This document shows, piece by piece, positions 16,027-22,908 of a stretch of 47,606 nucleotides of DNA. The translations under genes and the position numbers were made by a program. The notes beneath the pieces are model-generated. The model saw only the letters and a program-made list of their open reading frames with translations, did no database searches and had not been told where the DNA came from. Numbering within the stretch: position 1 is the first letter of the stretch; the number at the start of each line of letters is the position of its first letter. The stretch comes from a virus, in IMG/VR virus record IMGVR_UViG_3300044445_000049, positions 1-47,606 of that record; one strand, given 5' to 3'.

Positions 16027-16205
16027 AGGGTCACCGCCAGAGTCACGAGGGCGGCGATGACCGCGGAGCCGAGGACCATGGCGCCGAGGGCGATGCCCGG
16101 CGTCATCGGCTCGCGCGCCTTACCGATGCGGAACGGGGTGGCGAGGACGCCCAGGAGCATCCACGCGGCCAGGACCCACAGGGCGACGATGATGGCGATA
16201 GTCAC
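16023..16205 (-). CDS. Small membrane protein (60 aa, 2 TM helices)
   Basis: GTGA-coupled. MTIAIIVALWVLAAWMLLGVL.. Confidence 0.55.
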   Translation of the reverse strand: MTIAIIVALWVLAAWMLLGVLATPFRIGKAREPMTPGIALGAMVLGSAVIAALVTLAVTL

Positions 16206-16519
16206 GCGGCCACCTCCTCGGTCTCGAAGTCGTCGGCGCCGAGTGCCGAGTAGTCGAGGGGAGCGCGGTCTTCGCGACGAATCTGGCGGCGGATCGCACG
16301 GTCCTGGGAGGCGTCGGCCAGGGCGACGAGACGACGCGCGGCGCGGTTCGGGCCCGAGCCGTCCTCGTTGCGGAAGGGCGACTTGGCGCCGCGGTCGCGA
16401 CGCTCCTGCCGCTTGCGGATCGCGCGGTCGACGACGGACTCGAGGCCGGGGAAGACGTGCTTGCCGGTGCGGTTGAGGCCGGTCAGGATCGAGAGCTGGA
16501 AGGAGTTGGGAGTGGTCAT
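16202..16519 (-). CDS. Hypothetical basic protein (105 aa)
   Basis: ORF-track ORF with high GC3. Confidence 0.6.
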   Translation of the reverse strand: MTTPNSFQLSILTGLNRTGKHVFPGLESVVDRAIRKRQERRDRGAKSPFRNEDGSGPNRAARRLVALADASQDRAIRRQIRREDRAPLDYSALGADDFETEEVAA

Positions 16520-16530
16520 CGGGGCCCTTT

Positions 16531-17871
16531 TCAGTCGAGGAAGGTGGAGAGGATGGCTTCGGCCAGGAGCGGCGGGACCGCGTTGCCGATTTGGAGGAAT
16601 TGGGAGGTCTTGGAGCCCTGGAAGGGGAAGGGCCGGGGGTACGTCTGTAGGGCGGCGGCTTCGGCGGCGGTCATTCGCCGCGCGTCTGTGGGTCGGGCGT
16701 CTCCTCCGCCAGAGGTGGCAGGGCTCGGGCGGTTATGTACGTCCGCGGAGCCCTGGCCGGTGACGGCGTGCGCGGGGTGCCAGACCGACCGCGGGGCGTT
16801 GACCGTGGAGGATGTCCCCGCACCCGTCATGAACCGGTAGCTATTCCCGTGTTCGTCCACGGCGGGCCAGCTATCGGGGTAGGTCTGTAGCGCTGCGGCT
16901 TCCTCGACGGTGGCGCGGTAGGCGCCGGTCCCCTTCCGGTCGGAGTAGCGCTCGTGCGCTTCGGCGCCGAGGCGGCGGACGTCATCGGCGTTGATCCGAT
17001 GCCCTGGCGGCCACTCGGGGAATCGCTGCCACGAGCGCGCCTTCTCGGTGACGGTTTGCGCGGGGTCGGATGCCGGGCGGAGGTCGCGGGCGCGGTAGGC
17101 GGTGCCCTCGACGACGACTTCCTCCCGACCGTCGGAGAGGCGCGGGAAGCCGACGAGGTCGGCGGGCGGCCAGCCCAGGGCCTCGGCCATGGAGACCCAC
17201 TTGAGGACTCCGTCGTCGAGGCGCCTGGCGTCGCGCGGGTAGTAGCGGGAGTGCGTCGGCGTCGGGAGCTTGGCGACGCCTCCGTCGCGGCGAGCGATGA
17301 GGATGGCTCGTCGACGGGTCTGCGGCACGCCGTACTGCTCGGCGTTGAGGATGCCGGTGACGACCGAGTAGCCCATCGCCCGCATGACGTCGGCGTAGGC
17401 CTCCCAGACGGGGAGGACTGACGGCACCTGCTCGAGCGCGACGTAGCGGGGGCGGTCGCGGCGAATGTAGGCGAGCGGCACGAGGACGAGTGCGGTGCGC
17501 GGGTCGAGGCCCTGAGTCGCGCGGTTGAGGAGGAAGGGGTCAGCCCAGACCCGAGAGCGGACGAGGCCGAGCACCTCGTCGAGGGCCTTGCGCCCGGCTC
17601 CCTTGCCAGCGGCCGAGAAGGTCTGGCACGGAGGCGAGGCGATGAGGACGTCGTAGGCGTCCAGGACGGCCAGCGCGGCGGCCGAGAGGAAGGTCTTGTT
17701 GAGGAGGCCGTCCCAGACGTCGCGGAAGATGGTGGAGAAACCTGCGGCGGTGCGCGTTGCGACGGCCTCGTCCATGATTTCGACGCCGTGGTCGGCGATG
17801 CCGAGGCGGTGAGCCGCAACGCCCCAGCCGGAACCGGCGAAGAGGTCGAGGGCGGTGAGGTTCGGGGTCAT
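16531..17871 (-). CDS. DNA (cytosine-5)-methyltransferase (446 aa), leaderless
   Basis: Motif I DLFAGSGWG, motif IV SPPCQTFS, motif VIII QYGVPQTRRR, motif X GNAVPPLLAEAI. The ATG at 17871 lies 3 nt after the class II block. The N-terminal extension in the ORF track is rejected. Confidence 0.9.
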   Translation of the reverse strand: MTPNLTALDLFAGSGWGVAAHRLGIADHGVEIMDEAVATRTAAGFSTIFRDVWDGLLNKTFLSAAALAVLDAYDVLIASPPCQTFSAAGKGAGRKALDEVLGLVRSRVWADPFLLNRATQGLDPRTALVLVPLAYIRRDRPRYVALEQVPSVLPVWEAYADVMRAMGYSVVTGILNAEQYGVPQTRRRAILIARRDGGVAKLPTPTHSRYYPRDARRLDDGVLKWVSMAEALGWPPADLVGFPRLSDGREEVVVEGTAYRARDLRPASDPAQTVTEKARSWQRFPEWPPGHRINADDVRRLGAEAHERYSDRKGTGAYRATVEEAAALQTYPDSWPAVDEHGNSYRFMTGAGTSSTVNAPRSVWHPAHAVTGQGSADVHNRPSPATSGGGDARPTDARRMTAAEAAALQTYPRPFPFQGSKTSQFLQIGNAVPPLLAEAILSTFLD

Positions 17872-17874
17872 GCA

Positions 17875-17904
17875 GAGGAGACCGCCAGGCTGCCCGCGAG
17901 TGCC
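17875..17904 (-). promoter_or_regulatory. Class II promoter-like motif (copy 5)
   Basis: Minus strand: GGGCACT-CGCGGGCAGCCT-GGCGGTCTCCTCTGC-ATG. Confidence 0.6.
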
Positions 17905-17969
17905 CAAAGAAATTTGAGGCGGAGGCTGTCCACGCGATTTGCTCGATGTCAAGCCCTACGCATGAAGTT

Positions 17970-17999
17970 TTGCGCGAGTGGGACCGGTTGCAGTAGAGT
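17970..17999 (+). promoter_or_regulatory. Plus-strand sigma-A-like promoter TTGCGC-N18-TAGAGT
   Basis: ttgcgcgagtgggaccggttgcagtagagt. This is one of very few plus-strand promoter candidates in the window. Confidence 0.4.
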
Positions 18000-18005
18000 A
18001 AGTGC

Positions 18006-18113
18006 CTGTTAGGGAGTTCGTCAGGGCTCGAGCGGATAGCTCGCCAAGACGACGAAAGGCCCCCTCGAGTGCGGTTGGGGAACCGTGGGGACTCGAGGGG
18101 GCCTTCTTTTTGC
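18006..18113 (+). ncRNA. Candidate ~100-nt plus-strand small RNA (promoter 17970-17999 to terminator 18056-18113)
   Basis: Predicted only from the promoter plus the strong hairpin with a TTCTTTTTG tail on the plus strand. Confidence 0.3.
18056..18105. terminator. Strong bidirectional terminator (15-bp stem with an inner 5-bp stem)
   Basis: AAGGCCCCCTCGAGT...ACTCGAGGGGGCCTT. Plus-strand tail CTTTTTG; minus-strand tail TCGTCG. Confidence 0.75.
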
Positions 18114-18518
18114 CTAGGCGGCGGTTGCGGGCTTCGCGATGCCCGCGGGGCGAGACACAGCCGGGCCGGGAAGGCTCGGTCGGTCGTGGCCACGGTAGTA
18201 GGCCGAGTCGCGGAGGACTTCGGCTATGCGCTGGGAGCGGCGGGCTCCCATGTGGGGGAGGAGTTCGGACATGATCGCCTCGGCCCGGGGGCCGGAAACT
18301 TCCGCGTGCCACGTCGGCGACGCCGGGGCGCGCTTGAGCGAGGAGCGGACGGTCGTGTCCATGAGGCTCGCGGCACGGCCGACGACGTCGCGGTCGGTCA
18401 TGGCGAGGCGGACGCGCGGGTAGCGCCCGCGGTGAGCGTCGAAGGCGCCTTCTCCCTCGAGGAGGCCGGCGAGCCAGAGGAGGTCGTCGCGGTCTCCGTG
18501 GATGGCGGTAGAGGTCAC
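18114..18518 (-). CDS. LAGLIDADG-type homing endonuclease-like protein (134 aa, single motif)
   Basis: LLWLAGLLEGEGAF matches the LAGLIDADG motif. Free-standing ORF. Confidence 0.65.
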   Translation of the reverse strand: MTSTAIHGDRDDLLWLAGLLEGEGAFDAHRGRYPRVRLAMTDRDVVGRAASLMDTTVRSSLKRAPASPTWHAEVSGPRAEAIMSELLPHMGARRSQRIAEVLRDSAYYRGHDRPSLPGPAVSRPAGIAKPATAA

Positions 18519-18757
18519 GGGGCGGTCACCTCCGGGAGGCGGATGAAGCGCTTGAGGGAGTCGTCGATCGTCGACGTCGCCTCATGGAAGCGGCTCGTGT
18601 GCGTCTCGACGCGAAGGACCGTGCGCTTCTCCGTGATCTTCTCGACGCGGCCGACGACGAGGTTGGGGCCGTTCCAGGAGTTCACGGCGGCGGCCACGCG
18701 GTCGCCGACGCGGACCCATTGGTCGAGACTGTCGAGGACGTGGTCGCGCGCGGTCAC
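18515..18757 (-). CDS. Hypothetical protein (80 aa)
   Basis: GTGA-coupled. ..WVRVGDRVAAAVNSWNGPNLVVGRVEKI.. Confidence 0.6.
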   Translation of the reverse strand: MTARDHVLDSLDQWVRVGDRVAAAVNSWNGPNLVVGRVEKITEKRTVLRVETHTSRFHEATSTIDDSLKRFIRLPEVTAP

Positions 18758-19161
18758 TGCTTGCCGACCTCGAGGTCGAACTCGGGAAGGATGCTCTGGG
18801 GCTTGAGGATGACGCGCGTGTGATAGACGCTCACGTCGATCGGCTGCTCCTGAGTGATCGAGACGGAGTCCTGATCGCCCATGATGAAGACGTGCTTGCG
18901 GTACTCATCGGGACCGTAGCGACACGTCACGTCGAAGCGGCGGCCTTCGGACTCGAACGAGCACCGACCCTCAGCGAAGAAGGTGGTCTGGCCCGTGATG
19001 CCGTTGATGCCGACGATGGTGCGTTGCACCTCGAATTGCTCGGCGGCGGTAGCGATGTTGCGGGATGCCGTATCGGCGTCGGTGGTACAGGCGGTCAGGC
19101 CGCCGATGAGGAGGGTGACGCCAGCGATGGCGGCGAGGATGCGGGTTCGGAGCTTCTTCAT
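18754..19161 (-). CDS. Secreted lipoprotein (135 aa)
   Basis: MKKLRTRILAAIAGVTLLIGGLTAC: signal peptide plus lipobox (LTAC). Confidence 0.8.
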   Translation of the reverse strand: MKKLRTRILAAIAGVTLLIGGLTACTTDADTASRNIATAAEQFEVQRTIVGINGITGQTTFFAEGRCSFESEGRRFDVTCRYGPDEYRKHVFIMGDQDSVSITQEQPIDVSVYHTRVILKPQSILPEFDLEVGKQ

Positions 19162-19541
19162 GCGGGGTTGTCCTTCGGGACGAGGAGAGTGAAGGGTGCG
19201 AGGTGCGCGGACGCGGCGGGGGCGTTCTCGTCGGATGGCGTCTCGGCGTGGATGAGTGGCCCGCCGTCAGCGCGGATGCGCCAGAGGCCGCCCAGGACGT
19301 CGAGGTAGACGCCCGCGGCCGTCGGGAGCGGCTCGGGGAGCGCCTCGACGACGTAGCGGTCGTCGCCGGGGAAGATGCCGAGCATGACCTCGTCATCCGG
19401 GCGGAGGTCGATGGCGACGAGCTCGCCGTCGTAGTCGACGCGGATGCGGCCGATGAACTCGACGGAGGTGCCCGGTCGGGTGATCTTGACGTGTGCCGCT
19501 CGGCCAGTCGGAAGGGCCGGGCTAGCCCACACGGCGCTCAC
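19158..19541 (-). CDS. Hypothetical protein carrying the PLPTAxGxY module (127 aa)
   Basis: GTGA-coupled to the exonuclease stop. ..EPLPTAAGVYLDVLGGLWRI.. Confidence 0.6.
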   Translation of the reverse strand: MSAVWASPALPTGRAAHVKITRPGTSVEFIGRIRVDYDGELVAIDLRPDDEVMLGIFPGDDRYVVEALPEPLPTAAGVYLDVLGGLWRIRADGGPLIHAETPSDENAPAASAHLAPFTLLVPKDNPA

Positions 19542-20376
19542 GCCGCGAAGCCCGTGGTCTTGGCGCGCGGGGCGCGGCGGCGAGCGGTGGCCGGGGCAGT
19601 CGAGCCGGTGCCGGGGCCGGAGGCGACGGGGACGCCGACGACGGTGGGCTTGAGGACGTCCCAGTCGAAGACCTTGCGGAGGGCCTTGAAGAGTTCGAAG
19701 ACCTCCTCGTCCGCGCGGACCGGCGTGAGGTGCCAGCCCTCGGGACGAATGTGCAGCACGGCCGCGCCGTCGCCCGGGGTGTTCGGGGTGCGGGTGCCGT
19801 CGGGTCGGAGAATGTGCTTGGCGTAGCGGTAGGCCGAGAGCTGCAAGCCGACCTCGGCGTGAACGCCGGATCGGGTCGTCTTGTTGTCGCCCCAGATGGT
19901 CATACCGTCGATCTTGGCGAGCCAGTCGAACGAGCCCGCGTACTTGTTCTCGTCGTCCCACACGGTCTCTTCCATGTGGAGGAACTCGGGCTGGACGGTG
20001 TCGAGGAAGTGCTCGAAGTGGTCGCGGAACGGGCGGAGGTCGTCGGAGACGTACTTCATGCCCTCGCCGCCGGCCATGCGCTCGAAGACGTCGTGCGCGG
20101 CGGTGCCGATGTCGGCGGCCTTCTTCGTATTGCGATAAGGCGTGCGCTTGAGCATGTCGATCGCGGCCTCGGGGTCGCGGGCTGCGATGGAGGCGACGGC
20201 CTCGAGGTTGTAGACGGCCTCCTCGGCGACGAGCTTGGCCGCCCAATGCTGCAAGAAGCTCTTGTCGAGGTTCTTGAGGACGGAAGTGACGCCGGGGTAC
20301 TTGTCTCCGGTGGTGGGCTCTACGTAGAAGCGCGAGCCGGCGCGCTTGATTGTGTTCACTTTTGGCGTCGTCACGC
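19538..20376 (-). CDS. PD-(D/E)XK (RecB/Cas4-like) exonuclease
   Basis: GTG at 20376 after AGGAGG. ..AGSFDWLAKIDGMTIWGDNKTT.. (D..D.K), ..QLSAYRYA.. Confidence 0.8.
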
Positions 20377-20410
20377 GACGGCCTCCTAGTGTGTCGGGAA
20401 ATGGGACACA

Positions 20411-20440
20411 GAGGAGACCGCCTAGGAGGGCAGGGGTGCC
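20411..20440 (-). promoter_or_regulatory. Class II promoter-like motif (copy 6)
   Basis: Minus strand: GGGCACC-CCTGCCCTCCTA-GGCGGTCTCCTCTGTGTCCCA. Confidence 0.6.
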
Positions 20441-20490
20441 CGCCCCGGGGCGGGCGGATCGCCGCGGGGTGGGCCCTGGACGCGCAAGAT

Positions 20491-20589
20491 GACGAAATGA
20501 CGATTTGAACGTCATTTCCTATTACTTGCTCTAGAGAGCTACAAACTAAGAAGGGGAATGGAGAATGACGTTTGTTCCGTCATTTCGTC
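20491..20589. promoter_or_regulatory. Operator/promoter module A: two palindromes flanking an AT-rich core
   Basis: GAAATGACG-atttgaa-CGTCATTTC (20494-20518) and GAATGACG-tttgttc-CGTCATTT (20563-20585). The outer 12-mers GACGAAATGACG / CGTCATTTCGTC are perfect inverted repeats. This is one of the lowest-GC stretches of the window. Confidence 0.7.
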
Positions 20590-20600
20590 ATCCCGCTAGG

Positions 20601-21173
20601 TCATCCGATACGTTCGCGCGCCCTCCCGACCGCTTGCTCGAGGCTCGAGTAGGCGTCCTGCACGAGGAGTTTGTCGACGCTCGACGCCCGCGGCACGCCC
20701 GACACTCGACTCACGGCGAGGCGAGCGAGGTTCGCCACGAGGAGGACGTCCTCCACCTCGTCGAGTTCGCTGCCGCCCGAGAACAGGCTCACGATGTGCC
20801 CATCGCGGTCGGCCCGGCGCCGCGCCCGCTCGGCGAACGAGTCCGGGTTGATCCCAAGTTCCTCGGCGATGTTCGGGTGACGCTGACGGAGGATCGGCGA
20901 GACGTGGTAGCGGAGGTTCGATTGAAGGCTCGGCCGGTCGCCTCGCGGCACCCCTGCCTGGTCGAGCGCCTCAGTGACAAACGTGCGGTAGGCGTTGGAA
21001 CGCCCTCGATAGTCGGGCTCGCCCTCCCGAGTCTGTATGAGTTCGCGGGCGTCGACGAGGGCCTCGGCGACTTCCTTGGCGGCGACGGTGCGCTCGGCAC
21101 CCTCATGGGACATGTAGCTCCGCATGCCGTCGGCTACGCGGCGTTGTATCTCTTCCAAACGGGCTGAGGTCAT
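20601..21173 (-). CDS. Hypothetical protein (190 aa) in a stand-alone cassette
   Basis: ATG at 21173 (MTSARLEEIQRRVADGMRSYM..). Bracketed by hairpin 21241-21270 plus a sigma-A-like promoter upstream and by module A downstream. Confidence 0.65.
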   Translation of the reverse strand: MTSARLEEIQRRVADGMRSYMSHEGAERTVAAKEVAEALVDARELIQTREGEPDYRGRSNAYRTFVTEALDQAGVPRGDRPSLQSNLRYHVSPILRQRHPNIAEELGINPDSFAERARRRADRDGHIVSLFSGGSELDEVEDVLLVANLARLAVSRVSGVPRASSVDKLLVQDAYSSLEQAVGRARERIG

Positions 21174-21209
21174 GGGCTCAGCGTAACCGTTTCGGCTATG
21201 AGTCGCGTG

Positions 21210-21239
21210 CCAATACTCGCGCAAGGTGTCAAACGCCAA
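21210..21239 (-). promoter_or_regulatory. Sigma-A-like promoter (copy e, divergent)
   Basis: Minus strand: TTGGCG-N18-TATTGG with TTGCGCGAG 5' of the -10. TTGACA is also present. Confidence 0.4.
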
Positions 21240-21240
21240 T

Positions 21241-21270
21241 AGCCCCGCCTCCGAGGGGAGAGGCGGGGCT
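21241..21270 (-). terminator. 11-bp stem-loop after the dNMP kinase gene
   Basis: AGCCCCGCCTC-cgagggga-GAGGCGGGGCT. No clear T-tract. Confidence 0.45.
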
Positions 21271-21290
21271 ACTTTCAGGGCGCGGATGCG

Positions 21291-21956
21291 CTACTTTCGG
21301 AGGTTTTCGAGAAGAACTTCGACACGGGAACGGAGGCCCTCGGGCGTCCCGTCGTTCTCGATCGTGACGTCGACCGCGTAGTCGTCGAGGGCGTGCTCGG
21401 TCACCTCGTCGAGGTCGGGGACGGGCGCGCCGGGTCGGTCGACGCGCACGATGACGCCTCCGAAGCTGCGGATGAGGTCAGCCTCGTCGGGCATGCGGAC
21501 GTCGGTGAAGACGAGTCGCTCACCCCAGATGAAGTCCATGGCGTTCGTCTCGCGGTTGTACTGCCGGCGCGAGAGGGCCCGGGTGATGCGCTGTTGTGCG
21601 AGCGCAACCCACAGGCCACGGCCGCCGAGGAGGTCGTTGAGGCCCCACTTGACGCCGAGGTTATCGCGAACGGCCTGGCCGATGGCGACGAGCGAGCCGC
21701 GGACCTCGGGGAAGTCGTCCTTAGCGCGGTCGTAGCCGGCCTCCGCGACCGCACTTCGATAGCGCACGTCTGCGCGAAGGTCATCATCGAACTCGGATCG
21801 CACGTTGGCGACAATCGGGTTGATGGTCTCGACGAAGTCGCGGAGCGGGTCGGCGAAGGCGGCGGGCGTGTACCCGGCTAGCGTCGCCAGCTCGGCCGCG
21901 GTGCGGTCCTTGCCGTGGCGCTTGTAGCCGGTGAGACCGACGAGAGGGAGAGTCAC
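21291..21956 (-). CDS. Deoxynucleoside monophosphate kinase-like P-loop protein (221 aa)
   Basis: GTGA-coupled start at 21956. VTLPLVGLTGYKRHGKDRTAAEL (P-loop GxxGxxxxGKD). Confidence 0.65.
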   Translation of the reverse strand: MTLPLVGLTGYKRHGKDRTAAELATLAGYTPAAFADPLRDFVETINPIVANVRSEFDDDLRADVRYRSAVAEAGYDRAKDDFPEVRGSLVAIGQAVRDNLGVKWGLNDLLGGRGLWVALAQQRITRALSRRQYNRETNAMDFIWGERLVFTDVRMPDEADLIRSFGGVIVRVDRPGAPVPDLDEVTEHALDDYAVDVTIENDGTPEGLRSRVEVLLENLRK

Positions 21957-22309
21957 GCCTTCTCGACCTCGAGGTAGAGGCCGTAGAAGTAGTAGCCGTT
22001 GGACTCTTCCCACTCCTGATTGATCGTCAGGGCCGGGCCGGAGCCCGTCAGGAGGAAGACTCGAGCGCTTCGCGCGCCGTCGTATTCCTGGGAGACGGAC
22101 GTGATGACGTGCTCGGAGTCGACGATCGCGCCGAGGGTGGCGTCGCCCCAAGCGCAACAGTCGGATGCCCCGGTGACCTTGATGCGCGTGCCGTTGTCGA
22201 GGGTCAGGGTGTCGCCGTCGACGGAGACCGCCTTGTGGCCGACGACGAGGGGGCGGAGCGTGGAGGCGAGTTCGTCTTGCTCGATGCTCGAGCGGGTGGA
22301 AGTAGTCAT
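21953..22309 (-). CDS. Hypothetical protein (118 aa), leaderless
   Basis: The ATG at 22309 lies 3 nt after the class II block. Confidence 0.65.
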   Translation of the reverse strand: MTTSTRSSIEQDELASTLRPLVVGHKAVSVDGDTLTLDNGTRIKVTGASDCCAWGDATLGAIVDSEHVITSVSQEYDGARSARVFLLTGSGPALTINQEWEESNGYYFYGLYLEVEKA

Positions 22310-22312
22310 GCG

Positions 22313-22342
22313 GAGGAGACCGCCTCAATGCCCGGCGCTGCC
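22313..22342 (-). promoter_or_regulatory. Class II promoter-like motif (copy 7)
   Basis: Minus strand: GGGCAGC-GCCGGGCATTGA-GGCGGTCTCCTCCGC-ATG. Confidence 0.6.
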
Positions 22343-22351
22343 CGGGAACGA

Positions 22352-22385
22352 CGAAAAGCCCCCGCTCCGGTGAAGGAACGGGGGC
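22352..22385 (-). terminator. Rho-independent terminator closing the lysis cassette
   Basis: GCCCCCG...CGGGGGC followed by TTTTCG on the minus strand. Confidence 0.75.
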
Positions 22386-22393
22386 GGGGCACG

Positions 22394-22669
22394 TCAGACG
22401 GACCGCGAGAGCGACGCCGAGCCGGTGCCGGTGGCAGAGGCGGCGACGCCCTTGAGGAGCGACAGGAGCGCGGCCGAAGCGGCGCCGAGCGCGAGGGCCT
22501 CCCACGAGGCGGGCTCGTGAATGGCGAAGGTGCTGACGGAGGCGACAGCCAGGGCGCCTCCGGCCGCCGAGGTGGCGACTCGCTCGAGAAGGTCGCCCCA
22601 GAAGAGGCCGGTAAAGATGGGCTTGCGGGATGCCGCGCGAATGGCAGCGAGTTCGTTTCGGGTGCTCAA
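22394..22669 (-). CDS. Holin (r1t-holin-like, 91 aa)
   Basis: TTG at 22669 after AAGGA. ..FWGDLLERVATSAAGGALAVASV.. and two hydrophobic helices. Confidence 0.65.
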   Translation of the reverse strand: MSTRNELAAIRAASRKPIFTGLFWGDLLERVATSAAGGALAVASVSTFAIHEPASWEALALGAASAALLSLLKGVAASATGTGSASLSRSV

Positions 22670-22677
22670 GGGCGTCC

Positions 22678-22905
22678 TTACTGCGAGAGGAGGGAGACGA
22701 CGTGGCCGAGGAGCGCGCCGCCAACGGTCGCGGCGCCAGCGGCGCCCCAGACCTTCCGCTCGAGGGAGCGGATGCGGGCCTCGTGGTCGTCGCCGCGGGT
22801 GAGGACTTGGTCGAGTTTGACCTCGACGCGAGTCAGGAAAGAGACGAGCGCGGCGTCCTCGGAAGGAGGCACGCCCGCCTCGTTGACGACGGTGACGGCG
22901 GGCAT
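22678..22905 (-). CDS. Lysis-cassette membrane protein (75 aa, C-terminal TM helix)
   Basis: ..RKVWGAAGAATVGGALLGHVVSLLSQ. Confidence 0.6.
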   Translation of the reverse strand: MPAVTVVNEAGVPPSEDAALVSFLTRVEVKLDQVLTRGDDHEARIRSLERKVWGAAGAATVGGALLGHVVSLLSQ

Positions 22906-22908
22906 GGG

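Noticed and set aside
18002-18274. 90-aa plus-strand ORF downstream of the plus-strand promoter candidate.
   Set aside because: It runs straight through the strongest terminator hairpin and then antisense to the LAGLIDADG gene. A non-coding RNA is the more plausible product, if anything is made.
20565-21167. Plus-strand ORFs that start at ATGs inside the operator modules (20565..21167 and 47133..47561), which might suggest divergent repressor genes.
   Set aside because: Both are antisense shadows of high-GC3 minus-strand genes (20601-21173 and the int 3' end). Their third-position GC is low and the products are low complexity.
22222-22232. Partial class II hit (AAGGCGGTCTCCGTC) inside gene 21953-22309. 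A similar hit, ACGCGGTCTCCGG, lies in the tape measure gene near 27533.
   Set aside because: There is no GGCAnC at the 16-nt spacing, the 3' half is not conserved, and the sites are within coding sequence. These are most likely chance matches.
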